Shown here in pieces: positions 13,580 to 26,606 of a stretch of 64,000 bases of DNA (positions within the stretch are counted from its first letter, which is position 1; each line of letters starts with the position of its first letter). Origin of the DNA: Carcharhinus amblyrhynchos (lineage: Eukaryota); assembly GCA_965287045.1 (NCBI GenBank), contig OZ336900.1, positions 12,772,001-12,836,000 of the forward strand. The letters run 5' to 3'. Below the pieces are notes generated by a model. It did not search any database. It was given only the letters and a program-made list of their open reading frames with translations, and was not told the DNA's origin. Position numbers and translations under genes: made by a program.

Positions 13580-14115
13580 TTAAGAACAGATGAGAAAGAG
13601 CAGCCCCTTGAGCCTGATGTGTCATTAAATTTGGTCATAGGTCATCAGTAATGCCACTTTCCCTTCCCTGCTCCCTTTATTCGTTGATTTCTCAAGAATC
13701 AAAATCAATCTATTCCAGCCTACAAAATACTCAAGATGGGAACATGCAGAATACTGAGTTAGAGAATTATTAAGATTCACAACCCACTGAGTGAAGGAAT
13801 TTCTCCTCCTCTCAGTCTTTAAAAAAGTACCCTTCATCCTGAGTCTGTTCCCCTGAGTTGTGGATTTTCCAGGGAAAACAATCTCTTCGTGTTTAGCCTG
13901 TCAGGCCCTTTCAGAATTTTCAATTTCAATGAGATCATCTCTCATTCTTCTAAACTCCAGTGAGTATTTACCCAATTTGATCTGCCTGTCATTGTAGAAT
14001 AGCTTCTTATCCCAGGAACCTATCTAATAAGGCTACGCCTACTGCCATCAACACAAGTTTATCCTTCCTTAGACACAGAGACCAAAACTGCACACAGTGC
14101 TCATGATGTGGTCAC
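13580..14115 (-). mobile_element. CR1 LINE 3' fragment
   Basis: Minus ORF contains RRNSFTQWVVNLNNSL (CR1 ORF2 C-terminal FFTQRVVNLWNSLP); gagaccaaaactgcacacagt. Confidence 0.8.
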
Positions 14116-17100
14116 ACTACATACTTAGCGCCATGCTGTACGAAATAGTTGCTGAGGTTTGTGTTGTGCACCTATATCTGGGAATAGATGTTTTCTATAA
14201 TCCACCGAAATGTATAGATTCAAAGATAAAGAATGCCACTTCTTTGAACTACTGGAGGCTTTCAGAGCTTTATCTGAGCAATTGTCGAGAGGAGGGGAAA
14301 ATCTTTTCACAAAACTGGACTGTTTCTTCAAAGATTTCCACTTTACCTCACTCTTCTTGTCCAAGTCCATGACAACGTGCATTTGGAAATCTTAGTTACC
14401 TTCAACTAATCCTCTCCCTGTTTAGTGTGTTAACACAAGTCTGTTACTCTTCACTGGATCAGATATTGCTGAGGATTTCAGTGCTGCAGCACTATGAGAG
14501 TTCAATGTATCAACAGCAAGGAGTACATATTTAAATATTGTGATGTGAATTAAATTGAATTGCTTGTGTGAAGGGGATGCAGTGGAAATAATCAGGTATG
14601 ATCTTCACTGTTTTTAACAAAGTCAAAGGCTTTGCAGTTATTTTAAACCTGAATCACTTCAACAAATTATAAACCATCTTGACTATTGGTAACTGATGAA
14701 CTGTATATTAACATCGTATTCCAGGAGAGAAGAAAAATCTGATACTTCCTATCTTGTTTGCCTTCATTCTAGCCATCTTGTGACCCATCTTGGAGTGGCA
14801 TTGTAGGCAACTAAAAAACATCCAAGGGGTTTAATTTCATTTAATAAAACACTTCTGAACCATGTTTGTACAATCACTCCTCTGTATATGATTGCAACAG
14901 ATGTTAACCATTTTATTTTTAGTATTCAGAAGTGCCCTACCAGGGGAGCTGAAATCCTGAATATCCAGAAGTGGCAACCTTGGCTGAAGAAAGATGGCAG
15001 TGAAAATTGAGCAAGGTACGGATAGGTGGAAATCAATAGAGCAAGTCAAGAGTAATGGAGAACCAGGAGGAACATTTTCTTTCATGCAGCAATATTTTCG
15101 ATGTAGTGAGCAACTCAACCATGTGTAATCTGTAACTAGAAGTCAAATGACTGCATATGATTGTGCATTGATTCTCCCACTACCAGAATACTTACGATGT
15201 TTCTAATCACTTTGTTTTCTGAAATTTCAATCACATGAAGTTTAAAGCATAAATGTAAGTTATTTACCAATGTGATCGCAATTGTTAAAATTTACGTTTT
15301 GAACTAAATGTGAAATGCATTCCTGCACTGACAATGGTTCCCTGTGCAATATGATTCATTCATTAAACACTGCTTAACTCAGTTCATCATGTTGTAAATA
15401 AATGCAATCTGGTTTTATTCAGATCTCTGCTGTAAACAAATCTAAATTGCATTATCTTTAATGTAAAGCATTTGTAATAAACTCTAGATCAAGCAGAACA
15501 ATTAAGGTGTATGTAATATTTGGATTTAGACAGTTGCTATCTGTGTGCCACAGCTAATCAAGCACATGGATGTGATTATTTAGGCCAGATTATAATCATG
15601 CAATCATAAAATGTGTTTATCAACATCGAGTTTGAGTTAACTTAACTGGAAAAATAAGTGGCACGTTCAAAACTTCTGCATGAGAAAGGTTGAAGGAGGA
15701 AATCTCAGAAATGACTATAGTCAAAAATTTCAAATCTGTGCTAAGAATGGAAACATAAACACTTAAACATATTGTAAACTGAAAATGTCAAAGCTCTTCA
15801 TTATTCAATCTTTTATAATACAGTAAAAAGTAAATAATTTGAAGGGAATGTAGTTATTAAGCTATTTGCAATGTTGTCCTTGTGAAGTTTCAATAGCTTT
15901 GGTGCAAATGCCTCCACCTTCTTTTCCCTGCTGGTGAATTTGGTGCACTGCAAACAACTCCAAGTTAGCTCTTCCTGCAGAGTCAGGATCAGAAGGTAGC
16001 AAAATGCTTCAACACTTTGGTCTCAAGTCTTCTTGCCTTTTTATGACATCATTCACCATCTATTTCCTCTAGCAAAGTGCAGTCCTTGAACTGTTTCTTG
16101 ATATGCAAATAAAGGGGGAATGAATTAACATCTGACTGTTTTTCATTTCCCATGTTTCCTCTCATCTTACAGCACCTCACCATGTCAACATATTCCTCCA
16201 TTTCTTTCTCCTGCACTACTTAGTTTACCTGTAAATGCATCAATAACATTGCTGTGGGATGAATGGTACTGGAATGCACACAAAATCATACGCATATTGC
16301 ATTTCACTACAACTGGCCTTCCCTTTCTTTCCAGGAAATATCCACTTGTTAACTTTCCCTGAAACATCAGTTGAGGATGAAAAAGTCACAATGCAGGGGA
16401 TATGAAACATTTCCTTGTATTCAATGTAAAATGTGTTGTTATACCACTGCATTACATCACTTGGTACTTCCTTCATTAAAAAGGTTAAATTACAATTCAT
16501 AAGAAAAGGCCATTTATCTATCTCTAAGTGTGGTCCCTCCTCAGGCAACATATAATCTACTTGTTCATGGGTTTTACCAAACTTGTTCAATCCTTTCAAG
16601 GAACGTTCTGCCAAATTTCATCTCAAATTCCACAAGTGAATGGAATCCAGATTATCTATTCAAATTAAATCTCACCTATTGAATCCTGGCTGGTTTCTCT
16701 CCAAAGTTTTCCAAGTCCAGCAGGACGGGGACAATTGTAGCCCATCTCATTAGTGACTGCATTCATAAGAGACAGTCTTGCTAAATTTATTCTCGTGTGA
16801 TTGCACAAATGCAGGCTACCTACCTCACACACTCACTAACAAACTCATAAGTCTAGCTGTTCTTACCTCCTGAGCAATACTTTATTGGACAGACTTATTA
16901 TCCATTTCAAACAGTCTAACAAGCAAGCTTTTCAGAGTTAATTACAATAAACTCTTGCAATCCTAGAATCAAGACACAGATCTACAGCTTTATAGTGATC
17001 TTAGTCAGGCGTTTACTCATATCCAGTGTTTTATAAACTAGCCCGCAGAGGAAGATATGGTCTTAATTTATTTAACCAATAGAAAATGTGGTCTTGTGAG

Positions 17101-17253
17101 CTACAGCAGGAAATATGAATCTTCTCCTTCCCTGAAGTGAAATACTCATTTAAAATGGAACTTTGTCCTAGTGACTGGCCAAGAATGGTTCAAACTTCAT
17201 TATTATTGATAGACCAGCTAATGAACCACAAGGCTCAGATCAATGATTGAAGT

Positions 17254-17313
17254 CAAATGACAAATTAGCATCTTACCAAAAATTGACAAATGACAAATTA
17301 ACATCTTACCAAA
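17254..17313. repeat. Tandem duplication, 33-bp period
   Basis: caaatgacaaattagcatcttaccaaa at 17254 and caaatgacaaattaacatcttaccaaa at 17287. Confidence 0.9.
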
Positions 17314-17349
17314 CTTTTAGGGTATCTAAAACATGTTACATCCCATACA

Positions 17350-17670
17350 GTACTTTTGAAATGCAATCAACTTCACTTTTATTAATATAGGCAAAGTTCA
17401 GAGCCAATTAGTACGTAGTAAGACTTAGAAACAAACAGCAAATGAATGACTGAACCACTTCATTTGAATTTTATGCCAGTATTGGTTGAGGGGGAAATGA
17501 TGGTCAACATGTCAGGAAAATGCCTTGCTAAATCCTTAATTGCTGTATGAGATTTTTCATATTCACTTAACCAGGCAGATGGAACTATGCTTTAATGCCA
17601 CAACTGAAAAAAACTGCTTCTAATATTTCAACTTATTGCTGAAGTAAGTCCAGATTTTGTGCTCAAATCT
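17350..17670 (-). mobile_element. Decayed Deu-domain SINE
   Basis: gtacttttgaaatg...gccaatt...ttggttgaggg..aatgatggtca; collinear with 29876-30200. Confidence 0.5.
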
Positions 17671-19649
17671 AGAAGGGGCAATTTTTAAAAAACAAATATC
17701 GCACTTGAAGCTGTACAAATTTAATATTTACCTTAATTAGGTGATGGCTGGATGTAATAATAAACTTTATATATGATACTGAGACAATGGACACAATAAT
17801 AATGCAACAATAATAATATATTAGAATGTCAACATCTGATGAAAAAATAAGTAAACTAAAGAGTAAATTCATGCACTGTACTTTATCCTGATCATTCCAC
17901 AGAGTACTAAATTAACTTTCTCCAAGCACATATAATTGCAAATTTAAAATATATTTACTGGCCATTAATAATCACCACAACAGAAAACCATCTCATGCAG
18001 TTTTACCTTACAAGTAAAGATGCGAACTGATATTTGTTCTTTTTTCAATCTGTTTGGTAATGTGCGTTAGTTATTCTGAACCTGGGGATAGAAATTGCAG
18101 CAACATGGTATTCCTCCTTGTTGCGTTTTCAAACCTTCCTCATTCAAAATGGACCACTCCAGTAAAACCATTAATTTGATACACTCATTAACAAAATTCT
18201 CCAAGGGCAACAGAATTTACATCAACTGTTTGACTCAAATGTCTAGGTTTTATAGATTTCTTTTCATGCACAACAGTGTAGCATGGACCCAGAACACTCT
18301 GCTTCTTTGAACGCAAGTCAGATAAGCAGCTTGACAGCCATGAAGTGACAGACATCAATAGTAATCTGCCAAGGTTGCCCATAACTGGACTCTCAGACAG
18401 CATAATCCACACCTGCATGACTGGAGGATGAACGCCTGGTTTTGTGCCCAACAGAAACCACTAACAACACTTATTAGATGTTTTCCAGCCTGATAAGTGG
18501 TCTGTGCTATTTTCCGGTTCACATTATTATATTCATTTTATAATGCCTCTGGAAGCTTGATACCGCAATACCTGAGGGTCCTGCTTCTGCCACTAAACAA
18601 TGATTTAACATGACATGGTGACAGAAAACAGGGAAAAGGGATGGAAATAAAAGAACAAGGGATCAAAACAACCATGTTTGGCTCACCGCATGGGGTGTGC
18701 CTATCAACACCAATAACTGTTAGCTCAAAATTTAATGTCACATTGATGGAAAAGGAAGATCACTCAGAGGGGTGCATCATCTGACTGGAAGATATCATTC
18801 CTAGCCTTTCTCTTCTCTCTCTATACATAACCCCCAGCCTTGTCATTGTATGACCATCAGAAGCCTGCATGCAGATATCTGACACAGAGAATAATAATGA
18901 TTGTACATCACTGCTCTGAAAGTCCAATCATGTATCTTCACTTGGCACTGCTTCTGAGAGTCAATTACTTTATTGACATGCAATCTTCATAAGGAGAGAA
19001 ATATTGTGCATGTAAGGTCATCTGGTTATGAAGACATATTATCATATTATCTGCATAAAGGTTGTAAGGCTAGAACCTGACAAAGCTAATTATAGTAGTA
19101 CATGATGCAGAGCTCACAGTATATTATGTACTTAACTGCATGACTGTATTTTCTAGTTGAGAAATGAAGGCAATGTAATAAAGCTGCAATGTCACAAGAG
19201 AGATAATGCAGTTTTTGTCATGTGGAGCTTTTTAGAGCAACAAAAATTTGGAAACAGCCGTTGGGATTAAAGGTGAATTTAAAATTTGTTCTGTAGCAAA
19301 TCGGCCAACTAAAGCCAAGGCAACTGGTGATGCACATTAGTCTCCAGCTGAGGGAATAGGAGTTAGCTTTCTGTATGAGTGCTTCCACGCATGCAAAAAG
19401 CTTTGCTCTATAGGATCCAAATGCTAGTTACAATTTAATGTTAGCACAGAGCTTACTGTACCACTGGCTTTCTGCTAACATTAAGATGATTAAAAATGAA
19501 GGTTAAAAACTTCCTGGTCCAGGGAAATCAATGGACCAGCAGGAAATTTTTAACCATTGCTCTGCGGTGTGAAGCTACTTCCTGGAGGTGGGCCCAACAT
19601 CCACTTAACCAAAAACTCCTCATGCTGTGCACTGACTTGTGCTTGTGAC

Positions 19650-19816
19650 ACCATTGTCCAATACTATAATTGTATGTATTTGTGAGGCATTTCAGAGTGC
19701 CACTTACTGTATTGAGATAAATTAAACAATATTGCATTTTGTGTAATGTAAAATTCGAACTGTTATGTAAAATACCTTGATAAATTTTATGAATAAAGTA
19801 TATTTTTGGGAAAAAG
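19650..19816 (+). mobile_element. Tx1/L1-clade LINE 3' UTR fragment
   Basis: AT-rich end aaattttatgaataaagtatatttttgggaaaaa, as recalled for fish Tx1 3' ends. Confidence 0.5.
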
Positions 19817-19899
19817 AATTCCCAACAGGTGACTATCACAAAGCTGGCCACAGCTTAACAGAATTCACTAAGGTTGTTTGCTGAGAAGACCTATTTTTA

Positions 19900-20110
19900 C
19901 CAGGTGTGGAATGCACTGTCTAAAAGGGTGCTGGATTTAACAGGCGTCACTGTAATTTTGAAAAGGGAATTGGATATTTACAAAAGGAAACATTTGCAGG
20001 GCCACAGGAAGAGAGCAAGTGACTGGAACTAATTGGATAGATTTTTCAAAGGGCCAGCACATGCACGATGGGCCAATTGGCCCCTTTTCTGTGCTGCATG
20101 ATTGTATCCT
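19900..20110 (+). mobile_element. CR1 LINE 3' end
   Basis: gtgtggaatgcactgtctaaaagggtg...gatgggccaattggccccttttctgtgctg. Confidence 0.75.
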
Positions 20111-22016
20111 TAGCTTTAAAAAAAAACAGTAAATGCAAGTTACAAGTTGCATGAAACCCATGCATCAGGAGTCAGTGACACTAGCACTGGTCTAGTGCAA
20201 TATTAGATGTGAATCAAACGATTTCACACCTAAATTACACTTCACAGTTTGTGTGGATACAAAGCAAAGACCACCTCACATCCTTAATTTGCAATTCTGG
20301 GATAGCCTTTTTTAAAAGCTGCTCTGAACATTTGACTGGTGTCAGAAAGACAAAATGCATTTTATTTACTAAGTTCTATCCATTTTGTGAAATAAACATT
20401 TTGGTTTTTAATAGTTAGTCTCGTTACCAGTGCAAAGGTTAATCATCAGTTTTTATGCTATTTTAGTCACCAGCTCTGCGAAAATCAAAGACGTTACAGA
20501 ACAAAATCACAGTATCCTGAAATCAACAGTTAAAATTGGATTCAGTGAACTGTATCATCTTGTAGTGACAGTGCATGTCAAAACTGATCACCCAATCAAA
20601 TCCTGAAATAGAAATGAGTTGTCCTTATTTATTAGAATGATGAGAGATGTAGTACCTTACATACAAAACTAGAATGTACAAATTCTATGACAGCCATAGC
20701 CATACATGTTGTTTAACACTAATTAACAAAAAATAATTTCCAGTTGACAACTTAATTATCAAAATCAGGGGTATTATTGCTTTCACTGTAACGTTAGGTG
20801 CGATTCTTCTCATCCTGCAGCGCTCCTCCTATGTTCCTCTTTTTGTTATTATTCTTTTTAACATTTTGTGAGAGGTTTTTATTTTAACACACATTAAATG
20901 TGATTTATCAGAATAAATATTTCTCTGAGCCAGCAGTTTTTATAACACAAATCATACTCTAATTATAACATAATTAAGGGTAATTGGGTATGGCTTGGTT
21001 TTCCTTTAAAATGACAAGCTATTCCACATCTGCCAGGACATTAATATTTCTACATTACTCAAAGAAAGTCAAGCAGTTCCCTAGAATAGCTGATGTATTA
21101 GATTCTAACTAGGCAATGACATGGGTCCAATCAGGCCCACACCAGACCAACAGCTAAAATACCCAGACCATCTGGATGTCTGTCCCATGATAAATCTCCA
21201 TGATAAATCTCTTCGGTTTGATGTTCTAAAGGAAATATAGACCTGCTCAAACTTTTGGCAGGGCTGAAAACACGTTGGTAACACTAGAATAGAATTCAGA
21301 TGTCTAAACTATATGAGGGTCACTTCCAAGCTAATCATTATGACATGTGAGTATTGTTTCATTCCAGCAATAATCTATTTCGAAAACCAGAGAGTAATGA
21401 AAAAAGTTCTGACATATCATAATTTCTAACACACTTGTGCCAAAAAAAGAATTCCATGCTTTCCTGGGATGGTATTGAACTTTTACTTGTCATCATCAAT
21501 CAATGGCTTCGGTATTGTGTTTGTAGATAAACTGAGAAAAGGAGCTGCTTTTTTTTCCCTTTTGCCTTTCACTGGAAATTTCCATAGCTGCAGGAAATCT
21601 TTGGCTTGAAAAAAAAGAAACTACACACATGCAACTGAGCAGATTTTTTTTTCACCTAAAAAAAAATGCAACATTCCTTCCAGATGTGCATTTTGGAACT
21701 GAAGCCACACATCTCCACAGAAGTATTGGGGTTTTGTAGGCTAGTGCTGATGAGCCCAGAGAAGATTAATTCTGCAAAAATAAACAAGGAACTCTAAATT
21801 AGCATAAAGATACTAAAAATTATGTTGCTGTATTCTAAGTGTATAAACAATAAGTATTCAATAAGTACTATTATTTTCAAAATTTGTGGATACATTTTTT
21901 CCCCTTCAATCATGCTCAGAAAAGGATCTTCATTGGATCAGTTGTTTAACATTCCTGGAACTGATTTTTGGATTGCAATGAAGAGATTGAGACACCTCAG
22001 TAATCAGAGACAGCTT

Positions 22017-23110
22017 GGGGACAAAACGGTGTAGCAGTAATACCACTGGACTAGTAATCAAGGCCCAGGATAATGCTCTGTGGATATGGATTCCAAAGCC
22101 ACTAGAGCAACTGTGGAATTTAAATTCAATTAATAAATCCGAAATTAAATATTAGTCTAAATGGTAATCACAAAACTGTTGTCGATTGTTGTAAAAACCC
22201 ATCTGGTTCACTAATGTCCTTTAGAGAATGAAATCTACGGTCCTTACCTGGTCTGGCCTATATGTGTTTCCAGATGCACAGCAATGTGGTTGACTCTTAA
22301 CTGCCCTCTGAAAAGGCTGAGCAACTTAGTTTTATCAAACTGCTACAAAGTCTAAAAGGAACAAAACTGGACAGGCCACCCGGCATTCACCTAAGTGCCG
22401 GAAATGGCAACAGCAAACCTTGTGAACCCTTTCAACCTTGCAAAGTCCTCCTTACTGACATCAGGAGGCCACAACTGGGAGAGCTGTCTCACAAATTAGT
22501 CAAGAAAATGCCTAACACGGACAAATTCACGGAATCATACGTTACAGATAATGTCCCAGGGACCACCATCACCAACCATGGGTATGTCCTTTGCCACTAG
22601 CAGGACGGATGAGCAGAGCTGGCAGTACAGTGGTATACAGTTGGAAAGGAATCACCGTGGGACTCTTCAACATTGACACCAGACACCATGAAGTCTCATG
22701 GTATCAGGTCAAACATAGGCGAGGAAACATCCTGCTGGTTACCAGCTACCTATTCCCTCAGTTGATAAATCAGTACCTCTCCATGGTGAACACCATTTGG
22801 AGAAACCGCTGAGGGTGGCAAGGGCACAGAATGCATTCTGAGTGGAGAGCTTTAGTGTTCATCACCAAGTACGGCCTGGTAGCACAAACATCGACTGAGT
22901 TGGCTGAATTGGCCAGGTCAAAAAGGACATACCTGCTAGAATGGGTCTTCAACAGGTGCTGAGGGAACTAACAGGATAGAAAAACCTACTTGACCTCTTC
23001 CTCACCAACCTACCAATCATAGATGCATCTGTCCACAACAGTATTAGTAGCAGTGACCACCATACAGTTTTACAGAGACTGTCCCATGTTCGCTAAATGG
23101 GACCGATCTA
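22017..23110 (+). mobile_element. 5' part of a CR1-group LINE: tRNA-SINE-like head, then decayed APE endonuclease
   Basis: 22017-22310 aligns with the SINE at 7741. Then LGELSHKLVK, TESYVTDNV, HEVSWYQVKHRRGNILLVT, LLDLFLTNLP and ISSSDHH (endonuclease SDH motif). Confidence 0.8.
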
Positions 23111-23552
23111 GACACTCACTGAAATTGAGAGTGGATGTTATGATGGCTAATAGATCTCCCTGTGGGCCTTGGAGAGTATGAGCTCCACTATTAAGTGAGG
23201 GGAGGCTCGCCCAATAGGGAAGGGGGAGTTGTTGGGGGATTAAAACCTGCTGGCTGCACTCAGGCCGGTAGTCGAGGGACTCCAGGGCTGGACATATATA
23301 CTGCAGCTGTGGAACTTCATGCACATAAAGTGAGTTTTTTCTTCCCTCTGCATAACCTTTACCATTCAAATAATCCTCTGATAAGAAAATGCCTCTTATT
23401 GGTAAACTTGAAGCCTACGATACAAACATAGAAAAGTGGGCCCAATATGCAGAGCTCATGAGTATTTTTTAGGCTAACAATATTGAGGAGATGAGAAGCA
23501 GAAAACAGTCATGTTGTATGCTGGATCCTGATCTTTGCTGTAATAAAAGCTA

Positions 23553-23841
23553 AGTTTATTTATTAGTCACAAGTAGATTTACATTTACACTGCAATGAAG
23601 TTAGTGTGGAAATCCTCTAGTCACCATACTCCAGCGTCTGTTTGGGTGCACTGCGGGAGAATTTAGCACCACTAATGCACCTAACCAGCACATATTTGGA
23701 CTGTGGGAGGTAACCAGAGCATCCGGAGGAAACTCACACAGACATGGGGAGAATGTGTAAACTCCACACAGTGACCCAAAATGGGAATTGAACCTGGGTC
23801 CCTGGGATTGTGAGGCAGCAGTGTTAACCACTGTGCCACCC
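23553..23841 (-). mobile_element. V-SINE with alternative (Rex1-like) tail, inserted in Gypsy gag
   Basis: aagtttatttattagtcacaagtag..acactgcaatgaagtta, V-domain, then gtgaggcagcagtgttaaccactgtgccaccc. Confidence 0.9.
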
Positions 23842-25669
23842 CAGGCCTGAACTACCTGGATGCCCCTGACTCCAAAACCCTTATTAAATTGGCAGACTTG
23901 GTTAATACCCTGGCAATACTGCTTTAACAGAGCAGGGCAAACCCCAGAGGAAACTATCACCAGACTTCTGATCAGGTTATGAAAGTTGCCAGAGCACTAT
24001 TATGCATTCAGGCCATCCTTGAACGATGTGTTATGACATAGAGTGCTCTGTGGAAATAACAACATGACATCCCTAAATAAACTATTGGAAGAACCCAATT
24101 TGGCCACTGAGATAGCTCTATCATTGGAGAATGCAGACAAAGGAGCTCAGGAACTACAGGGGACATCAGAAAGCACTGTCCTCCAGTTGCGGGTAGGGGC
24201 CTCATATAACGTCCATCTCTCAAACATCTCAAGAATCTTTTACAATGGTGGAGTCCAAGTTGCATCACCAGGCAGTCAAGGACAGCCTTGATTTCTAGGG
24301 AGAATATTCTAGAAGGTTGTAGATGCCAGATGATGGATGATTGCCAAGTGCTGCAGAAGACCACAATGGAGGTAAAAAAAAGAAAGGGATAATCAAAATG
24401 TGAGCTGTTTCAAAAGTGGGTCAAGGCCAGTACTGGACCGTACTCTGCAAGTGTGCCCATTGCCAGGAACATGGACAATAAAATTGCATCTCCATGACAA
24501 AGATTGCCCTCCACAATGTTGGAATTACTAGTAAATGGCCACACATTTAAAAATGTAAATGGATATGGGGGCAGCCATCTCTGTTGTTGGGGAACAGATT
24601 TATAATTGCCTCCAGGTTGGAGTTCAGTTCCTGAGCTTAGAAGACACAAAGACCAGGCCAGCCATCTACATAGGGGAACCATTACAGATAAAGAGCACCG
24701 TGGTGACCCTAGTGACTTATAGGCAGTAGACAGCTTGACATGCACTTATCATTGTATAGGGACAATGACCTAGCCTCAAGGGAGAGGTTGACTCCAGGAC
24801 ATCAGACTGAACTGGCTGGGGATCTGGCTGTGTATTTGGGGGGAGGGGAGGTAGATTATATAGTCATCAATAACCACACCAACGTTTTCCAGAAAGGGCT
24901 TGGAAAAATAAGGGGAGCCAAAGCTAAGGTCTACGTCAGCCCCAATGCTATGCCTAAGTATTTTAGAGCAAGATCAGCTCCTTACACCCTGTAGATAAAA
25001 GTAGAGTCGGGACTGGGACGACTGGATAAGCTGGCCATATTAAGACCTGTACAATTCACAGAATGGACGGTGGTTGTTGTTGCTGTTCTCAAGCTGGATA
25101 AGTTGGTCTAGCTATGTGGAGACTGTAAGTTTACCGTCAACAGGGTATCCCACGTGCTGGATTGAAGATCTGTACATTAGCTTGACTGGCAGCCAAGCAA
25201 TTTCATACTTGGATATGAGCCATACATATCTCCAACTTGAATTAGACAAGCTTCCTGGAATTGTGTGGCAATTAACATACACAGGAGCCCGTATGAGTAC
25301 ACTTGCCTACCCTTTGGAGTTTCATCTGCATGTGCCATTTTTCAACAGGTCATGGAGAGCACATTCTAAGGGTTACCTCGGGTAGCAGTGTACCTGGATA
25401 ACATCTTGGCCACAGGAACTTTGGAATGTGAACATCTAGCAAAACAGGAAAAGGTCTTACAGTAATTCATAAAGGTCTGAGTATGCCTGAAAAGAGAAAA
25501 AATGTGCCTTCCAAGCAAGTGCCATGACTTATTTGGGCTACTGGGTGGATGGCAAATGCTTTCACTCAGTTGAGGACAAGGTGAGGGCTACTAAGGAGCT
25601 GCTAACTTGAACTCCACAGAATTGAAATCCTTCCTGGGGTTAGTGAATTATTACGGGAAATTTATGCCT

Positions 25670-26606
25670 GTAATAACTCAGGAAGCTGACTGGAAAGGAG
25701 CGATGTTTTATTCTTAAGTCAAAAGTTAAAGCACAACCCTGTGGTGTGCATACATGAATCTAATCCAGGATGGTATTTCAGTTGACCCATTCAGAGGTCT
25801 GCCTTATCAAGAGCTTGGCTAATGAGCTCCACCTGCCTAGGCAATGGCCTATTAGCACAGGAACTCGTATTCTACGAGTCCCACAGTGGGATCAGTTGAA
25901 ATTCCTCATGCAAGTCCTGAGGGTTATCACATCCCACCCTCTCTTGAGTCCAACGGTTCCCTCCTGGATCCTAAGGCATCAGGACCATCTTTCCATTGTG
26001 TATGCAGTCGGGTAGGGGTTGGGGGGGTGTGTAACGAGTAGGTAACCATCTCTTCCTCAATGAACATTGGAGTAGGTGGTTCATCCTCGGTAGTGACCTT
26101 TGACTACAACTTCATCACCTCCTGTCTCCATTTTTGAGGCATAGTCCTCATAGGCTTCTCTTAAGCCTACCAAGGGTACAGTTTCTTGACTGCAAGTCGG
26201 TGTGCACGATGCCAATGATGGCATGTGCAGCGTGGTAGTTGCCTCTGTAGAAGGGTCCCAATGGCAGAGGTGGTCAATATGCTTCTTCATTGTCTTGTCT
26301 CTAATTCTTATGGTGTATGAGATCGGTCCAGTTCTTTAGGGGACAACTCCAGTGATTCTCAGGGCATCATTTCCGAAAATTAATGTCGTGATGATTTTGT
26401 CCATCTTTTGCAGTGGAAGTAGGCTAGTGGGTAGTGGTAGGTGGCTTAGAATATCTTTACTGGTGACCTGTATCATGGGACAATGTTCCAGGGTGTATTC
26501 ATAAGCTCTTAAAAATAGTGCCCAATATTGCATCTGAGCTGATGCTATGGGGGAATTGTTTACTGTTCTGAAAAGAGACCCAACAGAGGTTTATGGTTAT
26601 CACAAT
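25670..26606 (-). mobile_element. Inverted Gypsy 3' segment: RNase H C-terminus, integrase tail, PPT and 3' LTR (25670-25931)
   Basis: Minus strand HKPLLGLF..PPIASAQMQYWALFLRAYEYTLEH...DILSHLP and KKHIDHL. PPT aagagagggtggga. LTR termini tgtaataac...gttatcaca. Confidence 0.85.

Noticed and set aside
16229-16358. Possible 130-nt minus-strand exon (GKLTSGYFLERKGRPVVVKC...)
   Set aside because: Weak donor (gtaaac), unrecognisable peptide, no independent support.
18188-18451. 87-aa minus-strand ORF in unique sequence
   Set aside because: No motif, and flanking frames are interrupted by stops.
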